NCBI GenBank assembly: GCA_046757025.1
Contig: JBHHXN010000017.1
Coordinates: 1 to 50,711 of the forward strand
Source: a bacterium
Lineage (GTDB): Bacteria > Zhuqueibacterota > Zhuqueibacteria > Oceanimicrobiales > Oceanimicrobiaceae
Direction: 5' to 3'
DNA: 50,711 nt
Shown: in pieces, positions 1-10,196 of the stretch
Layout: the number at the start of each line of letters is the position of its first letter
Numbering within the stretch: position 1 is the first letter of the stretch
Program-made: the position numbers and the translations under genes
Notes under the pieces: model-generated
Database searches by the model: none
The model's input: only the letters and a program-made list of their open reading frames with translations
Told to the model about the DNA's origin: nothing

Positions 1-415
1 TGATAACCGATGTCTATTCCCGCAAAATCGTCGGCTGGGATTTAAGCCAGAGTTTGGCCATAGAAAAGGCTGTCAAAGATCCCTTAAAATGGCCTTAGCA
101 GGCGTTACAGAGCCTCAAAAGCTTACGCATCACTCTGATCGAGGCATTCAGTTCTGCAGCAATGGTTATATCGAAATACTCAATAACCACGAAGTACAAA
201 TCAGTATGACTGAAGAAAACCATGTCTATGAAAATGCCATTGCTGAAAGGGTCAACGGTATTCTCAAAGACGAATTCATGCTCGGTGAAACGCTTAAATC
301 ATTTCAAATTGCCAAAGAACTTGTTAAACAATCCATTGAAATTTACAACAAAGAACGGTTACATACGAGTCTTAACTATCAAACACCCGAAAATAGGTAT
401 CGCAGTGCAGCTTGA
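1..415 (+). pseudogene. IS3-family transposase, C-terminal integrase core; truncated by the window edge and frameshifted at about 64-67
   Basis: Frame 3 reads ITDVYSRKIVGWDLSQSLAIE. Frame 2 continues GCQRSLKMALAG...HHSDRGIQF...ENAIAERVNGILKDEF...YNKERLHTSLNYQTP, the typical rve/IS3 motifs. Confidence 0.85.
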
Positions 416-522
416 AAAAGTTATCCACATATTCACAAAAGAAAAAGAAAGAAAGAACCAAAAAAAGAAAGAAAAAGAAAAATGACTACTACTAATTTTG
501 TCAACTTTTTTCAGGACGGCAC
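1..522 (+). mobile_element. Right part of an IS3-family insertion sequence; putative right end at about 499-522
   Basis: The transposase 3' end is followed by an A-rich spacer and TGTCAACTTTTTTCAGGACGGCAC, which resembles IS3-family right ends. Confidence 0.65.
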
Positions 523-688
523 TTTCACATGTGATTCCGAAATCCGCCATCCCCAGTCCGCAATCGGAATGTTTCAGATTTCACTTTCCCCATATTGCGT
601 CCGCCCTCCATTCGTTGCCGCAACAGTCAAAAGACATAGGTTATTTGTTCTAAATTTCTCAGAGAAGGTCTCTGACTTTTTTATCAAA

Positions 689-1146
689 TATGGATGCAGG
701 TTTGATTTTGGGTATCAGTAAGATATCATCCAGACCCATCGGGAGTTTTGGGGGATTTAGGATAATATTTTTCTATAAATATCCCACCCCTTCGGGGTTC
801 TCTAATGTAACAATGCGACGTTTAGATATCAATCACCCCGTAGAGCCCACCCTGAGCGAAGTCGAAGGGGGTGGTATGTTTATAGCGATCAGCAAAACAG
901 AAAACAATAAAAATCCCGACGGGTCTGCGATTTTTAACGCCATTTTTATTTTACATTGGAGGTTGTTTACTATTAGAACATGGATCGAACGGATTCGACG
1001 CCTGCCTGGTAGCCAACAGGCAAGTGTCAAATGCGTGTTCTAAAGAGTTACTGAAGTGTCAAATAAAATATAGCTGAAAAATCGCTGACGGGTCGGGATG
1101 AAATATCATGAAAATGTATTTAGGTCAAATCGAACCTGCATCCTTA
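689..1146. mobile_element. TA-bounded MITE-like composite element with internal REP-like repeats
   Basis: 692-708 GGATGCAGGTTTGATTT matches the reverse complement of 1127-1143 at 16/17 positions. A second imperfect inverted pair lies at about 722-749 / 1077-1107. No credible CDS inside. Confidence 0.6.
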
Positions 1147-1233
1147 AAAATTGAGCACGTTATTGATGGGTGTTTGTAACTGACCATACCATGATTTCAA
1201 GTTTTGATATTCATTAGTTTCAAATATTTTTGT

Positions 1234-2694
1234 CTAGAATTTCAAAGTAAAAAGATAGCCCTTTTCATCAAAACACAGTTTTTTACCAGTAGGAGAAAGA
1301 GTAAAATACGTTGAGTTGAAACTGTCAAGCAACTGCGGTTCGCCTCCGTTTATATCACATCTCCAAAAATCATGACCGGCTAAATAAAGCAGCGTATTTG
1401 AATTTGTCAGCGTAAAAGCTCGGATGAGCGATTCAATGGACGGGGTTTCAACCACGGTCTGTTCTTGACCGGATTGCAGGTTCAGTTTGAGTATTTTTAA
1501 ACGCTGGCTGTAATATAAGGCTTTGTCTTCTGACGCCAGTCCAATTTTCTGAAATTCCTGCATAAAATGACCGCTCAGCAATTTTTTCCGTTGGCGCGAT
1601 TCAAAATGGTAGCTCCAGATTTCGCGAATTTCGTCTGAGGAGCCCAACGGGAGATAGTGGATAGTCAGAAACAGGAGCTCGTTTCGATTACGCCAGCCAA
1701 GGGCGCAATTGTTGCGATCCAGGTGGGAGGGCTCGTGAATAAATCGGGAATTCACCCTTTGCGGCTGGAAATTTTGTTGCCCCAGCATTTCATGAACTGA
1801 CAGAATGAGCACCCGTTGAATCAAGTGTGAATAGTCGGCTCCTCTCTCATATTTTGCATTAAAAGCTAAAGCGCGTCCATCCGGTGACCACATCAAATCT
1901 TGAATTTTAAACGGGAAGTTGTCCTGTGTGAGCAGAAGTTTAAGGTTGGAACCGTCTTTGTTGATGAGGTACAAATTTTCAACCGGCTCCCACCCCTTGT
2001 TAAGTTCTCTGGCAACGAAAACAATTTTATCGCCTCTTGGCGACCAGATAAATTGTGGCGTAATTTCACGATTGTCGCTGCTTTCGATGATTTTGGAAGC
2101 AAAACCGCCGCCGGTTCCGATGGAATAAATCCCAGAAACTTGCTCCGAGGTTTTGTAGAAGGCGATTTCTCGTCCCGTGGGCGACCAAAGTGGGTGCGAG
2201 CTGACGCCCCCAAAAGTGAGCTGTTTTTTAACGTTTTCTACCGTGTCGATTTCGCTGGCACTGGAATCGTGGGTGAGCAGGATGTTTACCAATTCCGGGT
2301 TGAGCAGGATGTAGGCATCTGTATATCCAAGGTTCTGCAGGGTTGCCACTCGGGTTTGAGCTTGCTCTCTTGAAGTAAAAGGGCCAATTCTCAAACGGTA
2401 GAAAGTTTCTTGTAAAGGATTTTCCCCAGCCACTACATACGCTGGCAAACCAGATTCTTGCAATTTCCGTCTTAATTTTTCGGCATTTTCCGGCTCAAGG
2501 AAAGCAGCCACCTGCACAAGGTAAGTCGGAACCGTTTGGCTAGAATCCTTGACGGTGGTGGTGTCGAGCTGCGCGGAAACCGATTTTACCGAAACATTTT
2601 GTGTTTCAAACTTTTTACAGCTTTGCTTTAAAAAACAAACTAAAATGAACATGAACAAGATGAACTGGCCCGGGTGCCGTGTATTATTTTTCAT
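1234..2694 (-). CDS. Exported SPOR-domain protein with a TolB-like (PD40) beta-propeller
   Basis: Hydrophobic N-terminus; SPOR motif YLVQVAAF...FYRLRIGPFTSREQA; repeated WSPxG motifs (WSPTGREIAF, WSPRGDKIVF, WSPDGRALAF, LSPTGKKLCF). Confidence 0.8.
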   Translation of the reverse strand: MKNNTRHPGQFILFMFILVCFLKQSCKKFETQNVSVKSVSAQLDTTTVKDSSQTVPTYLVQVAAFLEPENAEKLRRKLQESGLPAYVVAGENPLQETFYRLRIGPFTSREQAQTRVATLQNLGYTDAYILLNPELVNILLTHDSSASEIDTVENVKKQLTFGGVSSHPLWSPTGREIAFYKTSEQVSGIYSIGTGGGFASKIIESSDNREITPQFIWSPRGDKIVFVARELNKGWEPVENLYLINKDGSNLKLLLTQDNFPFKIQDLMWSPDGRALAFNAKYERGADYSHLIQRVLILSVHEMLGQQNFQPQRVNSRFIHEPSHLDRNNCALGWRNRNELLFLTIHYLPLGSSDEIREIWSYHFESRQRKKLLSGHFMQEFQKIGLASEDKALYYSQRLKILKLNLQSGQEQTVVETPSIESLIRAFTLTNSNTLLYLAGHDFWRCDINGGEPQLLDSFNSTYFTLSPTGKKLCFDEKGYLFTLKF

Positions 2695-3049
2695 AATTAA
2701 ATATATGATGATTATAGAAAAGATGTGAAATTCAAAAATAGAATAGAATTGTTTTGAACAAATAAATAAATCTAATTGTGTTCTATACTTCTTTTATCTG
2801 TTAGAGGTTTCCAAATAAAAAAAAGTTTTAAAGCACAGGTAGTTATTTTTTGAAAAGTACACCGGTCTGAACCTGTTTTTAACTTTAAAGGAAGTACGCC
2901 ATTTTTTCGAGAGATTTTAGACCCGGAGCAAGTCCTTGCGACTTTAATTTTATGCGATTGTCTTTTTTTTTGAACTTGCGGGACAAGGCGGCTTTCTGGG
3001 TTGAGAACCCTTCGATGGTACTGGGCTGCCGATTTCAAATTAATAAAGC

Positions 3050-3078
3050 TTGACTTTATTTCACCTTGTTTCTACTTT
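3050..3078 (+). promoter_or_regulatory. sigma70-type promoter
   Basis: TTGACT-N17-TACTTT upstream of the gene at 3103. Confidence 0.55.
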
Positions 3079-3102
3079 ACTCAGAAAATCACTTGATGGA
3101 TT

Positions 3103-4071
3103 ATGAAAGATGACCACGATAAAACGACTCTCCTGAATATCGTTTCTGCAAGGAATCGAATTACTGAATTCATTCAAGAGACGCCTCTGGAGCTTTCTCT
3201 ACACTTGTCTGAAAAATACCGCTCTCGAATTTTCCTCAAGCTCGAAAATTGTCAGCTCACAGGCTCATTCAAATTAAGAGGGGCGTTCAATAAAATACTA
3301 TCGCTTTCAAAAAGTGAAAAAGAAAAAGGCATCATAACGGCATCTGCTGGCAACCACGGCCTGGGAGTGGCTTATGCTGCTCGAAAATTGGGCATCGCCT
3401 GCAAAATTGTGACGCCGCAAAACGCTTCACCGGCTAAAATCCAGACCTTGCAGGGACTGGAGGTGGCGTTAGTGCAAGAGGGGAACGACTACGACGAAGC
3501 CGAACAGGCGGCCTGGGAAATTCAAAAACGGGAGGGACTGAGTTTTATCCATGCATTCAGCGATCCGCAAATCATGGCCGGACAGGGTACGATTGCACTG
3601 GAAATCATCGAAGCGTTGCCGGAGGTGGGAAGCATCGTGGTGCCCATCGGTGGCGGCGGTTTGATCGCCGGGGTGGCGGTGGCGGCGAAAGCCTTATATC
3701 CTAAAATCAAAGTCATCGGCGTGCAGTCAGAGGCTTCGCCGGCCATGTACAATTCGTTACAGGCAGGCAAAATTGTGGAGACCCCCATCGCGAAAACCGT
3801 GGCCGATGGACTGGCCGGTCGGTTTGTCACCGAGCTGACTTTGAATCTGACTCAGCAAAATGTGGACGAGGTGGTGTTGGTTTCCGAGAGTTCGATTAAA
3901 TCCGCGATGAAAATGATGATGGAAAAGGAACATTTCATCGTGGAAGGTTCCGCTGCTGTGGGGCTGGCGGCTTTGCTGGAAAATAAAATTCAGGCGAGTG
4001 CTCCCGTCGTGCTCATTGTGACCGGCCGAAATATCGACTTTAACTTGCTAAAGAAAATCATGTTGGAATAG
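3103..4071 (+). CDS. PLP-dependent threonine/serine dehydratase (no ACT domain)
   Basis: FLKLENCQLTGSFKLRGA, SAGNHG, PIGGGGL and EGSAAVG motifs; 322 aa. Confidence 0.92.
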   Translation: MKDDHDKTTLLNIVSARNRITEFIQETPLELSLHLSEKYRSRIFLKLENCQLTGSFKLRGAFNKILSLSKSEKEKGIITASAGNHGLGVAYAARKLGIACKIVTPQNASPAKIQTLQGLEVALVQEGNDYDEAEQAAWEIQKREGLSFIHAFSDPQIMAGQGTIALEIIEALPEVGSIVVPIGGGGLIAGVAVAAKALYPKIKVIGVQSEASPAMYNSLQAGKIVETPIAKTVADGLAGRFVTELTLNLTQQNVDEVVLVSESSIKSAMKMMMEKEHFIVEGSAAVGLAALLENKIQASAPVVLIVTGRNIDFNLLKKIMLE

Positions 4072-4102
4072 TTATTTATGTTTTAAGTTTTATTAATTTA
4101 AC

Positions 4103-4131
4103 TTGACATTGGACGAATCGAATTTTACTTT
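4103..4131 (+). promoter_or_regulatory. sigma70-type promoter of fbp
   Basis: TTGACA-N17-TACTTT; AAGGAG RBS before the ATG at 4275. Confidence 0.6.
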
Positions 4132-4274
4132 ATAGCATCACAATTTGCAAACAGTGGCAGATAGGCATTTTTACTCAAAACAATTTCTGCATCCCCGCGC
4201 TAAAGCCTGTAACTTTGACATAAAGGACGTTCAATTCCAACGCCATATTCTTCCACAAAAAAGGAGTTTTCACC

Positions 4275-5279
4275 ATGAGTGCCAAGTTAGTTACCATTGA
4301 GCGCCACATCAGTGAAACCCAACGCAGATTTCCTCAAGCCACCGGTGAGTTTTCAATGCTTTTGAATGACATTGCGCTGGCAGCGAAAATCATCGGCCGA
4401 GAAGTCAACAAAGCCGGTCTGGTGGATGTGCTTGGTTTTACTGGTTCAACCAATGTTCACGGCGAGGATGTGAGGAAGCTCGACGAATATGCCGATTCCA
4501 TCATTTTTAAGGCACTGGATCACACGGGGCGCCTGTGTGTCATGGCCTCCGAAGAGAGGGAAAAGATCATTCCGATTCCGGATAGATTCCCCTGCGGCAA
4601 TTATGTGCTGCTGTACGATCCCCTGGACGGGTCTTCCAATATCGATGCCAATGTCAGCATCGGTACGATTTTTTCCATATTTCGAAAAGTGAGCCGTGGC
4701 GAGCGCGGGTCGCTGGAAGATTGTCTGCAAAAAGGTTCCGAACAGGTGGCGGCCGGGTATATCATTTACGGTTCCTCCACCATGCTGGTTTTTACCACGG
4801 GTAACGGCGTTCATGGTTTTACCTACGATCCCAGCGTGGGGGAATTTCTGCTTTCGCACGATAACATTCGCATCCCCAAACGGGGAAAAATTTATAGCAC
4901 AAACGAGGGCAACGCAAGTCGTTGGGAGGAGGGCACCAAAAAATACATCGAGTACCTCAAACAAACCGACAAGGAAACCAACCGTCCCTACTCATCTCGC
5001 TATATCGGTTCTCTGGTTGCGGACTTTCATCGAAACTTGCTTTACGGCGGCATATTTCTCTACCCCGCAGACAAGAAAAATCCCCAAGGCAAGCTGCGCC
5101 TCATGTACGAAGCGAATCCCTTAGCTTACATTGTGGAACACGCCGGCGGATTTGCCAGCGACGGTACACAGCGCATTCTGGATATTCAGCCGGAAACCAT
5201 TCATCAACGGACGCCGCTAATCCTCGGCAGTTACGACGATGTGAAGGAAGCCGAAGAATTTATTCAGAACCGGCGCTAA
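4275..5279 (+). CDS. fbp: Class I fructose-1,6-bisphosphatase
   Basis: [44 protein letters not shown]. Confidence 0.97.
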   Translation: MSAKLVTIERHISETQRRFPQATGEFSMLLNDIALAAKIIGREVNKAGLVDVLGFTGSTNVHGEDVRKLDEYADSIIFKALDHTGRLCVMASEEREKIIPIPDRFPCGNYVLLYDPLDGSSNIDANVSIGTIFSIFRKVSRGERGSLEDCLQKGSEQVAAGYIIYGSSTMLVFTTGNGVHGFTYDPSVGEFLLSHDNIRIPKRGKIYSTNEGNASRWEEGTKKYIEYLKQTDKETNRPYSSRYIGSLVADFHRNLLYGGIFLYPADKKNPQGKLRLMYEANPLAYIVEHAGGFASDGTQRILDIQPETIHQRTPLILGSYDDVKEAEEFIQNRR

Positions 5280-5300
5280 TCTTCGATAACACAAAATTAC

Positions 5301-5332
5301 AGCCTCTTCGAAGAAACTCGAAGAGGCTTTTT
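5301..5332 (+). terminator. Intrinsic terminator after fbp
   Basis: 11-bp stem AGCCTCTTCGA/TCGAAGAGGCT followed by a T tract. Confidence 0.75.
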
Positions 5333-5347
5333 ACGTTTAATGCTTAA

Positions 5348-7714
5348 ATGAAATTGACCATCCGAAAATTTTTACTGATTGCTTTTTTAGTACTTATTGC
5401 GGGCTCACTCCTCTACCTTCAGTCATTCAATGAGAGTAAATCTGAGGAGACGGGCGGCAATCATGATGCGTATTGGCCCACACGAAGTGAGCTGCACAGC
5501 AAATTGAGAGAGATTCGGAAAGAACTGTTGGTGTACGGCACGAACCGTCCCGAGGCGTCCGAGTCATACAAACGATTTGCTGAAAATTATTCCAGGCGTT
5601 CCCGCTGGCTGGAAATCGTGGTCAAACCGGATAGCGCCGTCACGGAAGCCGAGATCTCTTCTCTGCCGCTGTGGCTGGTGGGTACCCCGGCCTCCAACAG
5701 CGTGCTGAGCCGGATAACATCCAGACTGCCGCTCAAAATCGAAAAGCACCGCTTTGTTTTTGGAGATTTCATCTACGACCATCCAACGGATGTCTTTGTG
5801 ATTTCTTCGTATCCCAATCCCTTGAATCGTAAAATGGCCCTTTCCGTGGTATCTGGAAACCGCGATGAACATGTGGCCGATTTTTTGTTCACGCGAAATC
5901 GCCGCTACATGAGAGCCGGCGATATTCGCGTGTTTCGGGAAGGACAAGGGGTGGCCTTCAGTTTTTTTAAACAGGAAAATAATCAACCCTGGCAAATCGA
6001 TTGGGAAAATTCCAGAAATTATCTGAATCTCGCCCGCACAGTTTTTGAGAGCGAACATTTTGTTTTTACTTATCACGGTGACCGTGTTCCTGAACAGAGC
6101 ATTCAACAATTTAGCCAAAAGCAGGAACGACGACTGGCCAAACTGCTGCAAAACCTATCCACCGCTACCCAATCTCGACCTTCTTTTCCAAAAATAAACT
6201 GCCAGCTTTATGAGTCCATGGAAGACAAAGGTCTCATGACCGGCAACACCGATTTGTCGCATTTCGATCTGGATAAATGGCAAGTACACCTCATTTTCAA
6301 CGAAGATTTAAAAGGCGATGATTTTTATTCGGAAGCCGGCCTCCTGTGCGAGAAATATCTTGGCAAGACGTCTTCGCCGGCTTTGCGGGATGGCCTGGCC
6401 ATGTACTTTTCAGAAAATTGGGCGCAGAAAGGCTACCGCTACTGGAGCAAATTGTTTTATGAGATCGGGCAGAGCAATTCCCTGAACGAGCTGCTGGATG
6501 CGAATATTTACCGTCAGGAATCCTATTTGTTCATGCGACCGCAGGCTGGGAGTTTTGTGGGCTTTTTGGTCGATAAATACCCGTGGCCAAAATTTGTGAA
6601 GCTGTATTCGATTTGGCCAGCCCGCGGTTTGCCAAAACCTCTGGAAAAAGAGATTGAATTGCAGTCTTTGGAAAAAGCCTGGCTGAATTATTTAGATGCC
6701 ATGGAAGTGAAAACATCGCCAGCAGCGAGCCGGCCTCAAAAGCAGCATCCCACATTTCAAAAAGGCTTTTGCTATGCCCACGAAGGCTACCAGATCTACA
6801 ACGGGTATTTGTCACGCAAATCTGCCGCTTCCCTCAATAAACTGTGCAAACTGGGTGCTGACTGGATTTCTTTGACGCCGTTTGGATATCTGGCACATCG
6901 CAACCAGCCGAGTTATTTTCGTTTCTCGTTTGGAGCGGGCTCGGAAAACGATGAAAGCCTCATCGTCGCGGCCAGAGCGGCTGAAAAGTTAGGAATGGGT
7001 GTGATGCTCAAACCGCACGTGTTGATGCACAGTATGGGCTGGGGCTGGCCGGGTGATGTACAGATGCTGAATGAAACCGACTGGCAATTGTTTTTTTCTT
7101 ACTATTCCAAATGGATTCGTCATTATGCGCTGCTGGCGGAAATCTACGATATTGACATGTTTAGCATCGGGGTGGAGCTCATGCAAACCACCCGCGACCA
7201 TGCGGAGAATTGGCGCCAGATCATCAAAATGGTACGGCAAATTTATCACGGGCCCCTCGTTTACGCCGCAAACTGGTACCAGGAATTCGAACAGATTACC
7301 TTCTGGGATGAGCTCGATTACATCGGTTTGAATTTATATTATCCGCTGTCGCAAAAAGACACGGTGACGGTGGCAGAGCTGAAACACGGCATGGCAACGG
7401 GCCTGCCGATTGTTGAAAAAGTGGTGCAGAAATACAAAAAACCCCTTCTGCTCACGGAGGTCGGTTTTACCAGCTCTCCACAGAGCTGGAAAGTGCCGCA
7501 CGAAAGAAAGCGAAGAACGCCGGTGAATCTCGAGCACCAGGCGCTGGCTTACCAGGCTATTTTTGAGTCTTTCTGGGACAAAGAGTGGTTTTACGGCTTT
7601 TACTGGTGGAAATGGCCTACTTACCTGGAAGACGGCGGCGAGTACCACAACGGATTCACGCCCAATGGCAAGCCGGCTGAAAAGGTGGTGCAGCAGTGGT
7701 ATTCTAAAAGATGA
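5348..7714 (+). CDS. Membrane-anchored/secreted protein with peptidase-associated N-terminal domains and a C-terminal GH113-like glycoside hydrolase domain
   Basis: N-terminal TM segment. From about 6755: VMLKPHV, IGVEL, YAANW, FWDELDYIG..YYPL, LTEVGF, GFYWWKW, FTPNGKPAE (GH113-type motifs). Confidence 0.75.
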   Translation: MKLTIRKFLLIAFLVLIAGSLLYLQSFNESKSEETGGNHDAYWPTRSELHSKLREIRKELLVYGTNRPEASESYKRFAENYSRRSRWLEIVVKPDSAVTEAEISSLPLWLVGTPASNSVLSRITSRLPLKIEKHRFVFGDFIYDHPTDVFVISSYPNPLNRKMALSVVSGNRDEHVADFLFTRNRRYMRAGDIRVFREGQGVAFSFFKQENNQPWQIDWENSRNYLNLARTVFESEHFVFTYHGDRVPEQSIQQFSQKQERRLAKLLQNLSTATQSRPSFPKINCQLYESMEDKGLMTGNTDLSHFDLDKWQVHLIFNEDLKGDDFYSEAGLLCEKYLGKTSSPALRDGLAMYFSENWAQKGYRYWSKLFYEIGQSNSLNELLDANIYRQESYLFMRPQAGSFVGFLVDKYPWPKFVKLYSIWPARGLPKPLEKEIELQSLEKAWLNYLDAMEVKTSPAASRPQKQHPTFQKGFCYAHEGYQIYNGYLSRKSAASLNKLCKLGADWISLTPFGYLAHRNQPSYFRFSFGAGSENDESLIVAARAAEKLGMGVMLKPHVLMHSMGWGWPGDVQMLNETDWQLFFSYYSKWIRHYALLAEIYDIDMFSIGVELMQTTRDHAENWRQIIKMVRQIYHGPLVYAANWYQEFEQITFWDELDYIGLNLYYPLSQKDTVTVAELKHGMATGLPIVEKVVQKYKKPLLLTEVGFTSSPQSWKVPHERKRRTPVNLEHQALAYQAIFESFWDKEWFYGFYWWKWPTYLEDGGEYHNGFTPNGKPAEKVVQQWYSKR

Positions 7715-7817
7715 TCCGCCTGTTTCACTAAAACCCATCACTTCATTTGAATTTACTTGTATGGAAATTTCAAATTAATCAACCGGCTCAGATTGGAGGT
7801 TTTTCACCATTAAATGA

Positions 7818-10196
7818 ATGATTTTATCTGTGAATCTGTCTTTGAAAATACCGTTTAAACGACTTTTACTTTTGAGCGGTCTATGTTTTGCAGCCCTGTC
7901 AAAACCCTTGTTTGTAGTTTCTGAAGAATCCCGCCTAAGCTCACCATCTGCGATTGAGCAGATTTACGACCGTCTCCAGAATTTAACTTTTGATGTCAAT
8001 CACACAGCCAGAGTGCAAAATGTAACCATCCAAAAAGATCGCGCGCGTTTTACCCTGGAGGATGGCACGATCTATTTCTCCACAGAAATCGGCGGTAAAA
8101 TTACCGCAGCGGTATTTTTAGGGAAAGGTGTTTTTCGGTTAACACCGCCGACGGAAATTGAGCGCGCGCAGGTTTTTCGATTTCTGGAAAAAGACTCTAT
8201 CGATCAGCCATTTACCGCGGGGTATTTTCGATTCACAGATGAAACCGCGCAGCGCCTGATGCATGATTTGGCGATGACGCCTGCGCCCGTTCCCGGCAGA
8301 GTCGAAAAAATGCACGAAAAAATTGTGGGCCTACTGTTGGAAAAACGGCGTTACAATCTCACCAGTCGGATTTTAAGCGACCTGGTCAATGAGGTTGACC
8401 AGGGCTTTTTTTTCGCAGTGCTGGAGTACCCGCAGCCGCAGTTGAATTTCCCCGGTTTTGTTATTTTCAATTACGATCCCAAATTAACGGAAGAAGTGGC
8501 GGCTTATCAATTTTTACCGCATCGCGCGAAAAAACCTTTTTATACGATGTGCTCATTTCGTCGCTTAATTGCGAATGAGGCCGCGAACAAATTTTTACTG
8601 GCAAAAAAGCCGCGTCCGGAAGCGTTTCAAATTTCCCACTATAAAATGGATCTGGATTTACAGAGGAACGGCAAGCTGCAGGCCGCTTGTGAACTAACTT
8701 TACAACCCGCCCGCGACAGCTTGCGTTTTTTGACTTTCGATCTGTTTTATGAACTGAAAATCGATTCGGTGAAAAACGCGGCTGGCGACGCCTTGTCTTT
8801 TTTTAAAGAAAAACAGGAAGCGGGCTTTTCCGTAGCATTGAATCAGCCCGCCGTTTCCGGACAGGAAAATAAAATTACTGTTTTCTATTCGGGCAAGGCG
8901 ATGCAGCCGATGGGGGATCACTTTTATTTGAAAGATAAATTCAACTGGTATCCGCGCACGGGGTATCTTTTGCCGGCCACTTACGATTTAAATTTTAACT
9001 ATTCAAAAAACTGGCAGGTGATCGCCACCGGCAACCAGGTGAAGTACGCTGAAAAGGCCGGAGACGCTGCGGCGCACTGGGTGGAACAGGCGCCGGCGCT
9101 GGCTGCGGCTTTTGCCTATGGCAGTTTTGATTCCACCGTGTTCGACGTGGGGAGTCCCGTGCCCATCCGAATTTATTCCACGCGTCAAAGAACGAAATCC
9201 ATGCGCAAGAAAATCGCCGGCGACGCCGCCAACAGCCTGCATATTTTTCAGAGCCTGCTTGGCGGCTATCCCTACAACCACTTAAATATTGTAGAAACCG
9301 CGGGTACGGTCAGTCAGGGCTTTCCTGGATTGCTGTTTTTGTCCTCTTTGACTTTTGCGCGGGAAATGGCCGGGGTCATGGAAGAATTGCGCGGTCACGA
9401 AGTGTCGCACCAATGGTGGGGCAATTTGGTGGGCTGGCAGAGCTATCACGACCAGTGGTTGAGCGAAGGGTTCGCTGAGTACTCCGGCGCCCTGATCACG
9501 CAATTTCTGCTGAAAGATGACACCATGTTTCTTCGAATTTTAGAAGGCTGGCGCAATGACCTTCTCAAGCGCGGGCACATCGGAGTCAGCGCGGGCTTGC
9601 GGCGATTCGGTTTCTCCAAAAGCGACCTGGTTCGAAGTCAGGGCATGCAAGCCGGGCCCATCTGGATGGGAAAACGACTGGGCGACAAGTTTCCGGTGGA
9701 TTATTATTTGATCACTTACGAAAAAAGCGCCTATGTGATGCACATGCTTCGCATCCTGCTGCGCGATTTTGAGACCGGCAGCGACGAAAAATTCTGGGCC
9801 ATGTGGGCCGATTTTGTGAAGACTTTCGCCGGCCGACGAGCCAACTCCGATGAATTCAAAAATGTTGTAGAAAAACACGCCGATCAGGAGATGACCTGGT
9901 TCTGGAACCAGTGGATTTACGGAACGGAAATTCCGACTTTTCATTGCGCCTATCAGATCAAAACCGACCCGCCTGAATACGTAGTGGAAGTGCAAATTCG
10001 GCTGGAAGACGTGCCCGCCAATTATAAAATGTTCCTGCCGGTAGCGGTGCAATTTGAAAACCACTCAAAACAATCGCAATTGCTCTGGCTGCAGGAAACC
10101 GAACAATCCTTCCGTTTGGGTCCCTTCGAACAGACTCCCAAAAAAGTCATATTTAACGACTTCGCCGGCGTGCTGGCGCACATCAAGCTGAAATAG
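7818..10196 (+). CDS. M1-family (gluzincin) aminopeptidase, exported
   Basis: GHEVSHQWWGN and WLSEGFAEY zinc ligands; YEKSAYVMHML; WFWNQW. Confidence 0.88.
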   Translation: MILSVNLSLKIPFKRLLLLSGLCFAALSKPLFVVSEESRLSSPSAIEQIYDRLQNLTFDVNHTARVQNVTIQKDRARFTLEDGTIYFSTEIGGKITAAVFLGKGVFRLTPPTEIERAQVFRFLEKDSIDQPFTAGYFRFTDETAQRLMHDLAMTPAPVPGRVEKMHEKIVGLLLEKRRYNLTSRILSDLVNEVDQGFFFAVLEYPQPQLNFPGFVIFNYDPKLTEEVAAYQFLPHRAKKPFYTMCSFRRLIANEAANKFLLAKKPRPEAFQISHYKMDLDLQRNGKLQAACELTLQPARDSLRFLTFDLFYELKIDSVKNAAGDALSFFKEKQEAGFSVALNQPAVSGQENKITVFYSGKAMQPMGDHFYLKDKFNWYPRTGYLLPATYDLNFNYSKNWQVIATGNQVKYAEKAGDAAAHWVEQAPALAAAFAYGSFDSTVFDVGSPVPIRIYSTRQRTKSMRKKIAGDAANSLHIFQSLLGGYPYNHLNIVETAGTVSQGFPGLLFLSSLTFAREMAGVMEELRGHEVSHQWWGNLVGWQSYHDQWLSEGFAEYSGALITQFLLKDDTMFLRILEGWRNDLLKRGHIGVSAGLRRFGFSKSDLVRSQGMQAGPIWMGKRLGDKFPVDYYLITYEKSAYVMHMLRILLRDFETGSDEKFWAMWADFVKTFAGRRANSDEFKNVVEKHADQEMTWFWNQWIYGTEIPTFHCAYQIKTDPPEYVVEVQIRLEDVPANYKMFLPVAVQFENHSKQSQLLWLQETEQSFRLGPFEQTPKKVIFNDFAGVLAHIKLK

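Noticed and set aside
421..429. DnaA box as evidence for oriC
   Set aside because: Single box inside an IS arm, with no box cluster and no dnaA/dnaN nearby.
222..1043. Short ORFs 222-485, 359-550, 482-721, 690-1043 and 833-1030
   Set aside because: They translate IS-end low-complexity or palindromic repeat DNA and lack RBS and motifs.
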